In this document: in pieces, positions 8,121 to 17,841 of the stretch
Layout of the letters: the number at the start of each line of letters is the position of its first letter
Position numbering within the stretch: position 1 is the stretch's first letter
Assembly: GCA_049324475.1 (NCBI GenBank)
Contig: JBMOOO010000001.1
Span: 116,223-180,222, forward strand
From: Pseudomonadota bacterium
GTDB lineage: Bacteria > Pseudomonadota > Gammaproteobacteria > Pseudomonadales > JADFDG01
Direction of reading: 5' to 3'
Length of the DNA stretch: 64,000 nt
Program-made: the position numbers and the translations under genes
Notes under the pieces: model-generated
Told to the model about the DNA's origin: nothing
Seen by the model: the letters and a program-made list of their open reading frames with translations, nothing else
The model's database searches: none

Positions 8121-9892
8121 GGCAGCCAGCGGTTCACGGCGGCGGCCAGTTCGCTCATGCGCACCGGTTTCGGCACGTAGTCGTCCATGCCGGCGGCCAG
8201 GCATTTCTCGCGGTCGCCCTTCAGCGCGCTGGCGGTCATGGCGATCACCGGAATGCGGCGTCCCGCCGTTTCGCCGGCGCGTATCGCGCGACAGGCTTCG
8301 AAACCGTCCATTTCCGGCATGTGGCAGTCGAGGAACACCAGGTCGTAGGGCAGGCGGCGCAATGCCTCGACCGCTTCCCGGCCATTGCCGACCACATCGG
8401 CGCGGCAGCCGAGCCGCTTGAGCATTTCCGCGGCCACGAGCTGGTTCACCGGATTGTCCTCGGCCACCAGTGCGCGGCCGCGCACCGGCAGGTTCTTGTC
8501 CCGGTACGGTGTGGCCGGATCGGGTGCCTGCGTTTGTCCGTTGGCAGGCAGCAGCACGAACGGCAACTCGAACCAGAAGGTGCTGCCGGCGCCCCGCATG
8601 CTGTGTGCGCCGATGCGTCCGCCCATCAGTTCGACCAGCCGGTGCGAGATGGCCAGGCCGAGACCGGTGCCACCGTACTTGCGCGTGGTGGACACATCCG
8701 CCTGGATGAAGGGGCGGAACAGGCGCGCCAGCGTGGCTTCATCCATGCCGATGCCGGTGTCGCTGACCTCGAAACGCAACCAGATGCTGCCGTCGTGCCG
8801 CTCCAGCTGCCGGCAATGCACGCGCACGTGTCCCTGTTCGGTGAATTTCACGGCATTGCCCACCAGGTTCACCAGGACTTGCCGCAGCCGTGCCGGATCG
8901 CCGAGCAGGCGTGCGGGCAGGCCGGCGGCCATGTCATGCTGCAAGGCCAGCCCGCGTGCGCTGAAGCGTTCCTGCAGCAGTCCGGTGGCTTCCTCGCTGA
9001 CCTGGCGCGGATCGAACGGCACCGGTTCCAGTTCCAGGTGACCGGCTTCGATTTTCGAGTAGTCGAGCAGATCGTTGATCAGGTGCAGCAGCGATTCGCC
9101 GGACAGTCGCGCCAGTTCGACGAAGCGCCGCTGCTCCGGGTCGAGCGGTGTATCCATGAGCAGGCCGTTCAGGCCGATCACGCCATTCAGCGGCGTGCGC
9201 ATTTCATGGCTGATGGTGGCGAGAAAGTCCGATTTTGCACGGTTGGCGGCTTCGGCGGCTTCCAGGCTGCGGGCAAGGGCGGCCGCCTGCCCGGCCGCCA
9301 GCTGTTTTTGCGCTTCCAGCTCGCGGATGTGACGGTCGCCCGCGTAGCGTGCTGCGACGCCCAGTGCGGTGCAGATGATGATCAGCGTGATGCGGTCCTG
9401 CAGTACGGTGTCTGCGCCGGGCAGGAATTCGGGTGTGAACCGGATGAACGACTCGCTGATCCATATCGCCAGCACGCCCAGTACGCAGATACCGGCCCAG
9501 AACAGGCCGGCACGTGCGCCGGCCAGATAACTGACCACCAGCGGCAGTGCGGCAAGGAACCAGGGTGCGGTGGCGCCGTGCTGTCCGGCCAGGGCACTGG
9601 TGGCCATCATGCCGGTGAACACCATGGCGGCCATCAGGTGCGTGCCGGTCTGCAGGCGCGCCCTGTCGCCGCGCAGTGCCCAGTACCGGATGGCCAGCAC
9701 GGCTGCGGCCTCGATGCCGTAGATGAAGCCCAGGCGGGGCAGGCCCAGCAGCACGCCCTGGTGCACGGCGAACAGCAGCCAGCCGGCGGCGGTGATCATC
9801 AGGAGCCATCCGAACCGCAACTGTTCCTCGCGGACGGCGGCTTCGTTGTGCCCGGCTGCGTCGTGTGTGGCGCCCGCTTCCGGCCGGCTCAT
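8117..9892 (-). CDS. Hybrid sensor histidine kinase / response regulator
   Basis: N-terminal multi-TM region, coiled coil, HisKA H-box ([14 protein letters not shown]), HATPase_c (DTGIGM...GGTGLGLAI), and a C-terminal REC domain ([10 protein letters not shown]...DCHMPEMDG...KP). Confidence 0.9.
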   Translation of the reverse strand: MSRPEAGATHDAAGHNEAAVREEQLRFGWLLMITAAGWLLFAVHQGVLLGLPRLGFIYGIEAAAVLAIRYWALRGDRARLQTGTHLMAAMVFTGMMATSALAGQHGATAPWFLAALPLVVSYLAGARAGLFWAGICVLGVLAIWISESFIRFTPEFLPGADTVLQDRITLIIICTALGVAARYAGDRHIRELEAQKQLAAGQAAALARSLEAAEAANRAKSDFLATISHEMRTPLNGVIGLNGLLMDTPLDPEQRRFVELARLSGESLLHLINDLLDYSKIEAGHLELEPVPFDPRQVSEEATGLLQERFSARGLALQHDMAAGLPARLLGDPARLRQVLVNLVGNAVKFTEQGHVRVHCRQLERHDGSIWLRFEVSDTGIGMDEATLARLFRPFIQADVSTTRKYGGTGLGLAISHRLVELMGGRIGAHSMRGAGSTFWFELPFVLLPANGQTQAPDPATPYRDKNLPVRGRALVAEDNPVNQLVAAEMLKRLGCRADVVGNGREAVEALRRLPYDLVFLDCHMPEMDGFEACRAIRAGETAGRRIPVIAMTASALKGDREKCLAAGMDDYVPKPVRMSELAAAVNRWLP

Positions 9893-9994
9893 GGCAAAGG
9901 TCCGTTGCTCCCTGCAGCGGACAGGTTACGCCTTCCTGTCCTGCGCGGCACTCCCGAAGGCGTGGATGCCGCGGGAAATGCCGCGCAGGATTGG

Positions 9995-11617
9995 TCAGGA
10001 AGACATCAGGTGATTGCGGTATTTCTCGCGCAGATCGATCTTGAGCAGCTTGCCGGTCGCGGTGTGCGGCAGTTCATTCACGAACAGCACGTCGTCCGGC
10101 AGCCAGAACTTCGCCACGCTTTTCGAGAGGAACGCCAGCAATTCATCTTTCGTGGCGCTCTGGCCGTCCTTGAGGATGCACAGCAGTATCGGTCGCTCGT
10201 CCCATTTCGGATGGGCGACGCCGATGACGCAGGCTTCCTTCACGGCCGGGTGGCCCACCGCCGCGTTCTCGAGGTCGATCGAGCTGATCCATTCGCCGCC
10301 GGATTTGATCACGTCCTTCTTGCGGTCGACGATCTGCATCACGTTGTCGCCGTCGATGGTGGCGACGTCGCCGGTATCGAACCAGCCGTCCGTGAACGAC
10401 GACATGTCGTCGACCTTGTAATACTTCCCGATGATCCACGGGCCGCGAACCATCAGCCGGCCGAACGTGCGGCCGTCACGCGGCAGTTCGATGCCCTTGT
10501 CGTCGATGATCTTCATGTCCACGCCGTAAACCGGGCGACCCTGCTTGAGCTGTTTCTGGTAGCGCTGTTCCGGCGGCAGGGCCAGCAGCTCCGCAGTCGG
10601 TGCGTTCACCGTGCCCAGCGGGCTCATTTCCGTCATGCCCCAGGCATGGATCAGGAACGCATCGTGTTTCTGGTCGAAGGCGCGGATCATGGCCAGCGGT
10701 GCGGCAGACCCACCCACCACCACATGCTTCACCGTATGCAGTTTCGCATTTACCGTGTCGAGGTAGTTGAGCAGGCCCAGCCACACGGTGGGCACGCCCA
10801 GCAGCAGTGTGGCTTGCTCGCGCTCGATCAGTTCGTGCAGGTTCTTGCCGTCCAGGCCCGGACCGGGCAGGGCGAGATTGGCGCCGCTCATGGCGGCGGC
10901 ATAGGGCACGCCCCAGGCGTTCACATGGAACATCGGCACCACCGGCAGGATCACGGTGTCGGCGTGGATGTCGAGTGCGCCGCGGTGCAGCGTGCCCCAG
11001 GCGTGCAGCACGGTGGAACGGTGCGAATACAGCACGCCCTTCGGGTTGCCGGTGGTACCGGAGGTGTAGCAGAGCGAGGCGGCGGTCTTCTCGTCAAACT
11101 CCGGCCAGCTGTAGTGGGTGCCGGCGCTGCCGACGAAGTCCTCGTAGCAGACCAGGTTGGGCAGCTTCGAGGCCGGCATGTGTGCCCGGTCGGTCATCAC
11201 CACGATCTTTTCCAGCTTCGACAGCTTCTCGCCGAAATTCTCGATGGCCGGCATGAAGGTGAGGTCGACGAACAGGAAGCGGTCTTCGGCGTGGTTGATG
11301 ATCCAGCAGATCTGTTCCGGGAACAGGCGGGGATTGACGGTGTGCAGCACCGCACCCATGCCGGAGACGCCGAAATACAGTTCGAGATGGCGATGCGTGT
11401 TCCAGGCCAGTGTGCCGATACGGTCGCCCGGGCGGATGCCGGCGGCGGTCAGGGCATTGGCCAGCTGTTTGGCGCGGCGTTCGATGTCCAGCCAGGTGCA
11501 GTCGTGGAAACCGCCCTCGGTCAGCCGCGTGGTGATGCGTGCCCGCGGGTGGTTCTGTACGGCGAATTCCAGCAGCGAGGAAATCAGCAGCGGACGGTCC
11601 ATCATGTTGCCGAACAT
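9995..11617 (-). CDS. Long-chain fatty-acid--CoA ligase (AMP-dependent synthetase)
   Basis: [15 protein letters not shown]-binding motif, GWFDTGD, and the KSGGEWIS motif. The start was moved to ATG 11617 ([10 protein letters not shown]), which has GGAG 8 nt upstream. Confidence 0.9.
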   Translation of the reverse strand: MFGNMMDRPLLISSLLEFAVQNHPRARITTRLTEGGFHDCTWLDIERRAKQLANALTAAGIRPGDRIGTLAWNTHRHLELYFGVSGMGAVLHTVNPRLFPEQICWIINHAEDRFLFVDLTFMPAIENFGEKLSKLEKIVVMTDRAHMPASKLPNLVCYEDFVGSAGTHYSWPEFDEKTAASLCYTSGTTGNPKGVLYSHRSTVLHAWGTLHRGALDIHADTVILPVVPMFHVNAWGVPYAAAMSGANLALPGPGLDGKNLHELIEREQATLLLGVPTVWLGLLNYLDTVNAKLHTVKHVVVGGSAAPLAMIRAFDQKHDAFLIHAWGMTEMSPLGTVNAPTAELLALPPEQRYQKQLKQGRPVYGVDMKIIDDKGIELPRDGRTFGRLMVRGPWIIGKYYKVDDMSSFTDGWFDTGDVATIDGDNVMQIVDRKKDVIKSGGEWISSIDLENAAVGHPAVKEACVIGVAHPKWDERPILLCILKDGQSATKDELLAFLSKSVAKFWLPDDVLFVNELPHTATGKLLKIDLREKYRNHLMSS

Positions 11618-11801
11618 GCGCGCATCTCCGTGTGTTTGTTGTTGTCCGGGCACCGGTCCGGGTGCGTCGGGGTGCCGGCGCCGTGGCCGGTGGAGGCCGG
11701 ATTATGCCCAGCCGGCCGTTTGCCGGCATCCGGCGCTTTACCGGAAGGGCCCGCTCGGGCAACCTTTTGGCCCGAATTGACCAGTCCGTCGCGGAGTAGC
11801 C

Positions 11802-12371
11802 ATGCCCAGAGCCAGTGAAGTGAAACGGGCCGATGTTGTTGAACTGGACGGTCACCTCCTGATCGTGCGCGAGATCGAAGTGCAGAATCCGTCGGCACGC
11901 GGTGCCGCCACGCTGTACAAGATGCGCTTCTCCAATGTGCAGACGAAACTGAAACACCAGCAGTCCTTCAAGGGCGATGACCTTTTGAAGACGGTCGACC
12001 TGACCCGGCACAAGGTCACCTACTCGTATGCCGACGGCAGCGAGCATGTGTTCATGGACAGCGAGGATTTCTCCGAATACCGCTTCGCGGCGGAAGACAT
12101 CGCAGAGGAATTGCCGTTCATCACCGAAGACATCCAGGGCTGCCAGGTGCTGACCGTGGATGGCACGCCGATCGGCATCGAACTGCCGCAGCAGGTGGAT
12201 CTGGTGATTGTCGACACGCCGCCGCCGCTCAAGGGTGCATCGGCCACGTCGCGTTCCAAACCGGCAACGTTCGTGACCGGTCTGGTGATACAGGTGCCCG
12301 ATTACCTGGAGGCCGGCGTGAAGGTGCGCATCCATACCGGCGAGCGGCGCTACACCGGCCGCAGCGAGTGA
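11802..12371 (+). CDS. yeiP: Elongation factor P-like protein YeiP/EfpL
   Basis: 189 aa, with an EF-P-fold three-domain pattern: MPRASEVKRADVVELDGHLLIV...YKMRFSNVQT...LVIQVPDYLEAG. GGAG RBS upstream. Confidence 0.9.
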   Translation: MPRASEVKRADVVELDGHLLIVREIEVQNPSARGAATLYKMRFSNVQTKLKHQQSFKGDDLLKTVDLTRHKVTYSYADGSEHVFMDSEDFSEYRFAAEDIAEELPFITEDIQGCQVLTVDGTPIGIELPQQVDLVIVDTPPPLKGASATSRSKPATFVTGLVIQVPDYLEAGVKVRIHTGERRYTGRSE

Positions 12372-12379
12372 GGCTGCCG

Positions 12380-13459
12380 ATGCGTCTTGTCTGCCTGCTG
12401 GCTGCCTTGCTGCTGTCCGGCTGCGAGACGCTGTCGTATTACGGCAAGGGCGTGGCCGGGCAGGTGCGTTTCTACGGCGCGCGCGAACCGATCCCGGAAG
12501 TGCTGGAACGCAACGATCTGGATGCCGACGTGCGGCGCCGGCTGCAGCTGGTGCCGGAGATCCGGGCCTTCGCGAAGAAGGAACTGCAGCTGCCGGTCGA
12601 GGGCCAGTATCGCGACTACGTGCAGCTGGATTCGCCGAACGTGGCCTGGAACGTGTTCGCCGCGCCGGAACTGTCGCTGGACCCTTACCGCTGGTGCTAT
12701 CTGCTGCGCACGCTGTGCATGGAATATCGCGGCTATTTCAGCCAGGCCGATGCCCGCGCCTACGCGGACAAGCTGGCCGCGAACGGCTACGACACCCATG
12801 TGGGTGGCGTGTCGGCATTTTCCTCGCTGGGCCTGCTGGACGATCCGGTGACCAGCGTGCTCACGTCCTATCCGGACGATGTGATGGCGCTGGTGCTGTT
12901 CCACGAGCTGGCCCACGCGGTGCTGTACGTGCAGGACGACACCGGTTTCAACGAAAGCTTTGCCGAAGCCGTGGCCGAGGAGGGCCTGCGTCGCTGGCTG
13001 CGCGCGCGCGGGCAGCCTTCCGGCAGCAGCGAACTGGCCGGCATGCGTGCGCGCCAGGAGCTGCTCACGGATACGGCGCTGGCGGCGCGCGGGCAACTGG
13101 CGGTGCTGTACGGTTCGGCACTGGACGATGCGGAAAAGCGTCGCCGCAAGACGGACATCCTGCAGGCGGCGCGCACCGATTTCGAACGTCGCTGCCAGTC
13201 CCTGCCGGCAGGAGCCCGGGCCTGCGAATACGCCGGCTGGTTCGGGCCGGGCCTGAACAACGCCCGGCTGAATGCCGTGGCCACCTACCAGCACCGTGTG
13301 CCGGCTTTCACGGCCCTGCTGCGCGCCCATGCCACGCCGGAGCAGCCGGACGGTGACCTGGCGAAGTTCTTCCGCACCGTGAAGGCACTCGGCAAAATGC
13401 CGCCGGACGAGCGCACGGCCGTGCTGCAGGCACTGGCAGCAGGAGTATCCGCACCATGA
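12380..13459 (+). CDS. Predicted zinc aminopeptidase lipoprotein (putative-aminopeptidase family)
   Basis: ATG at 12380 gives MRLVCLLAALLLSGC, a lipobox. HELAH zinc motif is followed by ESFAE. Confidence 0.8.
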   Translation: MRLVCLLAALLLSGCETLSYYGKGVAGQVRFYGAREPIPEVLERNDLDADVRRRLQLVPEIRAFAKKELQLPVEGQYRDYVQLDSPNVAWNVFAAPELSLDPYRWCYLLRTLCMEYRGYFSQADARAYADKLAANGYDTHVGGVSAFSSLGLLDDPVTSVLTSYPDDVMALVLFHELAHAVLYVQDDTGFNESFAEAVAEEGLRRWLRARGQPSGSSELAGMRARQELLTDTALAARGQLAVLYGSALDDAEKRRRKTDILQAARTDFERRCQSLPAGARACEYAGWFGPGLNNARLNAVATYQHRVPAFTALLRAHATPEQPDGDLAKFFRTVKALGKMPPDERTAVLQALAAGVSAP

Positions 13460-14337
13460 TGATCGAACGTTTCGACAACGTGCGGCTGGCGCGGGCCTTC
13501 AGCGATTACCTGCGCAGCCTGGGCATTGCCCACCGCCTGCAGCCGGACGGTACGCTGTGGCTGGACGATGTCGCGCAACAGGCGCGGGTCATGCAGGAAC
13601 TGGAACGGTTCCGGCACGACCCGATGCATCCGCGTTATCTCGGCGCGAGCTGGCAGGCACCGCCGCCGGCCGACGAGGTGGATGCGCTGAGCCGCCGCTA
13701 CGGTTCCGGCGACCTGTCGCCGGGCCGCTTGCTGCGTTCACGCGGCCCGCTGACGCTGGCCGTGCTGCTGCTGTGCGTGGCGGTCGGCGGGTGGTCCGGT
13801 CTGGGCACCGACCGCACCGCGGTCGAGGCCCTGTTGTTCCCGGCATCGTCCGCTCAGTTCGCTGCGGAATGGTGGCGCGCGGTCACGCCGGTATTCCTGC
13901 ATTTCGGCATCGCGCACATCGTGTTCAACCTGGGCTGGTGGTGGTTGCTGGGTGGCGCCATCGAACGCGAGCAGGGCATGTCGACCCTGCTGCTGGTGAC
14001 GCTGGTGACCGCGCTGGCGAGCAATCTGGCGCAATTCCTCGTTTCCGGCCCGGGTTTCGGCGGACTGTCCGGCGTGGTGTTCGGCCTGATCGGCTATTTC
14101 TGGTGGTACGTCCGGGCCCATCCCGGATACGGCGGCTACCGGATGCCGAAAGCCATGGTGAATTTCGCCGTGCTCTGGCTGGCGCTCGGTTATGTCGGTG
14201 TGCTCGATGCGCTGTTCGGTCCGGTGGCCAACACGGCGCACCTGGGCGGGCTGGTCGCCGGCGGTTTGCTGGGCAATGCACTCGGCAGACGGCAGCGGCG
14301 GATCGACGAGGCCGCCGGAAACGGCGACGGCACATGA
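13456..14337 (+). CDS. glpG: Rhomboid intramembrane serine protease GlpG
   Basis: GlpG-type cytoplasmic N-domain (RLARAFSDYLRSLGI). The rhomboid core has the HIVFN and GLSGVVFGL (catalytic Ser) motifs and a later AHLGG motif. ATGA overlap with the upstream gene. Confidence 0.85.
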   Translation: MMIERFDNVRLARAFSDYLRSLGIAHRLQPDGTLWLDDVAQQARVMQELERFRHDPMHPRYLGASWQAPPPADEVDALSRRYGSGDLSPGRLLRSRGPLTLAVLLLCVAVGGWSGLGTDRTAVEALLFPASSAQFAAEWWRAVTPVFLHFGIAHIVFNLGWWWLLGGAIEREQGMSTLLLVTLVTALASNLAQFLVSGPGFGGLSGVVFGLIGYFWWYVRAHPGYGGYRMPKAMVNFAVLWLALGYVGVLDALFGPVANTAHLGGLVAGGLLGNALGRRQRRIDEAAGNGDGT

Positions 14338-14429
14338 CCGGGCGGTTTTGAACGCTGCGCGGGCCTGCTAGAGTAGGTGCGCGCCGGACACACCAACAAA
14401 CAGAAACACCGGTTGCCACAGGGAATCCC

Positions 14430-16001
14430 ATGCTTGCCAGCCTGCGTTTCCGTCGCCATCGCGAGCGCGTCTATACCTGGCTGATCGCCATCGCCGGCAT
14501 CGCGGTGGCCGTGGCCGCCGCCTGGCTGGCACGTGACTACGCCGTGCGCATGGCCGACGACGGTTTTCGCCGGGAAGTGGCCGCACGCAGTGCGGCCCTG
14601 GATGCCGCAGTTGCCCGGCACGAACAGATGGTGCGTTCGCTGTCTGCCTTCGTGGCAACCCGCGACAGCATGTCGGCGGCCGACTTCCGCGCCTTCGTGA
14701 CCGGCATGAGTCCGGGCGGGCAGGGCGCGCAGGCCATGCAGTGGATGCCGCGCATTCCGGCGGCGGCGCGCGCGGCTTTCGAAAAGACCGCGCAGCGCGA
14801 GTTTCCCCGTTACCGCATCACCGAGCAGCTGGGCCAGTGGGAGCTGGGCGAGGCTGCCGTGCGCGACACCTACGCACCGGTGCGCTACATCGAACCGCCG
14901 GCGGGCAACGAGCCGGCGGTGGGTTTTGACCTGCTCTCCGATCCGCTCTACGCGGATGCGCTGCTGCGTGCCGACCGCAGCGGCGGTGTGGTGGCCACCG
15001 AAAGACTGGTGCTGCTGCAGGAGGAAGGTGTGCACTACGGCGTGATGCTGGTATCGGCGGTGAAGAACGCCGACGGCGTCACGCTCGGCTATGTGGCCGG
15101 CGTGTTCCGGGTCAGCGACCTGCTGCAGGCTGCCATCGCCAGCCTGCCGTCGGTGGGCCTGCACATCAGCGTGACCGATGCCAGTGGCCCGGGTTCGGAG
15201 CGTGCACTGCACGTGTTCAGCGACCGCCTCAACGACGTCAGCGATCTCATGGTCGTGCCGATGGAGCAGAAGCTGTCGCCGGCGGCGTCGCAGCTGTTCG
15301 CGTCCTACGACCTGAAAGTGACGGACCGCACCTGGCGGGTGTATTTCGAGCCGGGCCCCGGTTATTTCGCGCCGCTGCCGCCGATTCCGGACTGGGCCGC
15401 CGCCATCCTCGTGCTGCTGATCACCGGACTGATCACGGCCCTGCTGCTGGTGATGCAGAAGCGCTCCCAGTTGCTGGCGCGTGCCAGTCTCTCCGACGGC
15501 CTCACCGGGCTGGCCAACCGTGCCTTCTGCGACCGCATGCTGCTGGCGGAATGGGAGCGCGCGGTACGCTTCGGCAAGCCGGTGTCGGTGGTGCTGATCG
15601 ACATCGACCGGTTCGCCGACTACAACGCCCGCCTCGGGCCGCTGGCCGGCGATGACGCCCTGCGGCGGGTGGCCGTGGTGCTGTCGACGGTGCCGGCACG
15701 CTCATCGGACATGGTCTGCCGCTACGCCGGCGACCGCTTTGCGGTGATCCTGCCGGAGACCGGCAACGAGGGTGCCAGCCAGCTGGCACACCGGGCGGTC
15801 GCGGCGGTCAAGGGGATGAGCCTGACCCATCCCGGGCGCCAGCCGGAACCGGTGCTGACCGTCAGTGCCGTGGCGGCCACCGCGCAGCCACAGCGCGGCG
15901 ATTCGCTGCCGGCGTTCATGTCCAGTGCGGTCGATGTACTCGATTCCGGCGAGCGCGCTGCCGGTAACGTGGTGCTCGGGCTTTCGGTGGCGGCGTCCTG
16001 A
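14430..16001 (+). CDS. CHASE-domain sensor with degenerate GGDEF domain (AGDRF)
   Basis: TM1, then a periplasmic CHASE-like region (YAPVRYIEPPAGNEPAVGFDL), TM2, then a GGDEF fold (GLTGLANR...VVLIDIDRFADYN). The active-site motif reads RYAGDRF and is preceded by RSSD. Confidence 0.85.
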   Translation: MLASLRFRRHRERVYTWLIAIAGIAVAVAAAWLARDYAVRMADDGFRREVAARSAALDAAVARHEQMVRSLSAFVATRDSMSAADFRAFVTGMSPGGQGAQAMQWMPRIPAAARAAFEKTAQREFPRYRITEQLGQWELGEAAVRDTYAPVRYIEPPAGNEPAVGFDLLSDPLYADALLRADRSGGVVATERLVLLQEEGVHYGVMLVSAVKNADGVTLGYVAGVFRVSDLLQAAIASLPSVGLHISVTDASGPGSERALHVFSDRLNDVSDLMVVPMEQKLSPAASQLFASYDLKVTDRTWRVYFEPGPGYFAPLPPIPDWAAAILVLLITGLITALLLVMQKRSQLLARASLSDGLTGLANRAFCDRMLLAEWERAVRFGKPVSVVLIDIDRFADYNARLGPLAGDDALRRVAVVLSTVPARSSDMVCRYAGDRFAVILPETGNEGASQLAHRAVAAVKGMSLTHPGRQPEPVLTVSAVAATAQPQRGDSLPAFMSSAVDVLDSGERAAGNVVLGLSVAAS

Positions 16002-16108
16002 CCGGATAATCGGCCCCGCGCTGCGGTCCAAGACCGGTCCTGCGCACGCTCCAGCCCGGCGGCCGCCCGTGTGGCGGCCGCATTGCCAACAACCCGGGAA
16101 CCCCCTGC

Positions 16109-16639
16109 ATGTCGATCCGCCTGCCTGCGTTGCTGTTCACGTGTGTCGCCGCGTCGTGGGCGTCGTCGGCGGCAGCCGTCGAGCCCATGATCGGCGCCGA
16201 GCTGACCTGGACCCACATCGAGGTGGCCGACGAGACCTTCAACCCGCCGGCGGCGCGGCTGCGGCTGGCACTGGCGCTCACGCCTGACTGGGAAATCGGT
16301 GTGGCCGGCGGTACCGGCATCGACAGCGACGACGAAGTCGGCGTGACTGCGGAGCTGAGCGAGTTCGGCGAGGCCTACGTGCGCTACAGCGCTTCGCTGG
16401 ACGACAACGCGCGCCTGGTGCTCAGCGTCGGCTACGGCGAGACCACGCTGGACGTGCAGACGGCCCTGCCGGGTTATCCCGGTGCGGAAACCTACAGTGG
16501 CGTGGTCTGGGGCGTCTCCCTGCAGGAGCGCCTGTCGCGGCATCCGGACTGGATCGGCTCGCTCGACTATGAACGCTGGTATGACGATGACGGTCTCACC
16601 ATCAGCACGCTGAGCTACGGATTCCGTTATGCATTCTGA
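16109..16639 (+). CDS. Small outer-membrane beta-barrel protein
   Basis: Signal peptide MSIRLPALLFTCVAASWASSAAA, amphipathic beta-strand periodicity, and C-terminal GFRYAF (OMP terminal Phe). Confidence 0.7.
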   Translation: MSIRLPALLFTCVAASWASSAAAVEPMIGAELTWTHIEVADETFNPPAARLRLALALTPDWEIGVAGGTGIDSDDEVGVTAELSEFGEAYVRYSASLDDNARLVLSVGYGETTLDVQTALPGYPGAETYSGVVWGVSLQERLSRHPDWIGSLDYERWYDDDGLTISTLSYGFRYAF

Positions 16640-17834
16640 ACGTCGTTTCTCCGGTCTGCGGTCCGTCATGCTGCTGGCCGTGCTGGCACTGGCCGGTTGC
16701 TACGAAGGCGATCCGTCCGGCTTCCGCGATTCCGTGGTGGTCGGGCGCGACAGGATCACGGCGATCACTGTCAGTGGCGACGTGCCGGTGATCGAGGTGG
16801 GTGCCACGCTGGCACTCACGGCCACCGGCACCACTGACGGTGATCCGGTGACGATCACCCGGGAAGTCACCTGGAGCAGTTCCAACCCCGCGGCCGTCTC
16901 GGTCGACGGCGGCGGACGCATCACCGGTACCGGCAACGGCAGCGCCGACATCACCGCCACGCTGGCGCAGTTTTCCGACACGGTCACGGTCACCGCGTCC
17001 GATGCGGCGCTGACGGCGATCACCGTCAGCGGTCCGGCCGGCATCGACGAATGCGGCACCGGTGACTACACCGCCAGCGGCCTGTACGAGGACGCCAGCA
17101 ATCGCGACATCACGTCGCTGGTGAGCTGGTCGGTGACCGACAGCGCGGTGGGCCGCATGAGCACGTTGTCGTCCGACCGCAACCGGCTGATCAGCCGGAC
17201 GGCGGGCAGCGTCGGTGTGGTGGCCAGCCGCAGCGGTATCGATTCGCCGGCCTTTGCCGTCACCGTGGCCGACAACCTGACGGCGCTGGCCGTGACGCCG
17301 GAAACACCGTCGCAGCTGAAGGGCGGCGACACGCTTGCCTTCACCGCCACCGGCACCTGGGGCGCGACCAGCGCCGTCATTTCCCGCGCCGCCACCTGGA
17401 GCGTGGCCAACGACGATCCGGACAACGACATCGGCTCGGTGGCCAGTGGCGATGCCAACCCCGGACGCTTCACGGCCGATGAAGGCGGCACCGGCGCCGT
17501 CACCGCTGCCTGCGGCGGTCTGTCCGATTCGGTGGACGTCACGGTGGTGTTCCTGGAATCGCTGGAGATCACCAATGAAGAGCCGATCGAGCTGGCGCCC
17601 GGCGGCAGCGTGCTGCTGGTCCTGCGCGGCACCTATTCGGACGGCTCCACCCGCTCGCTCGGCGAAAGCGCGACCTGGACGCTGGACATGATCAGCGGCA
17701 CCACGCTCACGGTCAGCAACAGCACCGGCACGCGCGGGCGCGTCACGGCCGGTAACGGCGAAGGCACGGCGACGGTGACGGCGGAAGTCGACGGCCTGGA
17801 AGTCGAGGTGACGGTGTCGGCGGTCGACAACTGA
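16629..17834 (+). CDS. Lipoprotein with four tandem Big_2 (bacterial Ig-like group 2) domains
   Basis: Lipobox LALAGC. Four repeats start at ITAITVSG, LTAITVSG, LTALAVTP and LESLEITN, each with a W-S/T-S/V core and a T-V-T/V ending. Overlaps the upstream barrel gene by 11 nt. Confidence 0.85.
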   Translation: MHSERRFSGLRSVMLLAVLALAGCYEGDPSGFRDSVVVGRDRITAITVSGDVPVIEVGATLALTATGTTDGDPVTITREVTWSSSNPAAVSVDGGGRITGTGNGSADITATLAQFSDTVTVTASDAALTAITVSGPAGIDECGTGDYTASGLYEDASNRDITSLVSWSVTDSAVGRMSTLSSDRNRLISRTAGSVGVVASRSGIDSPAFAVTVADNLTALAVTPETPSQLKGGDTLAFTATGTWGATSAVISRAATWSVANDDPDNDIGSVASGDANPGRFTADEGGTGAVTAACGGLSDSVDVTVVFLESLEITNEEPIELAPGGSVLLVLRGTYSDGSTRSLGESATWTLDMISGTTLTVSNSTGTRGRVTAGNGEGTATVTAEVDGLEVEVTVSAVDN

Positions 17835-17841
17835 CGCCGGT

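Noticed and set aside
8321-11818. 1165-aa + strand ORF spanning the hybrid kinase and acyl-CoA ligase loci
   Set aside because: It is antisense to two genes with unmistakable domain motifs. The translation is Arg/Ala/Gly/His-rich with no recognisable domain. Long antisense open frames are expected in DNA of this GC content.
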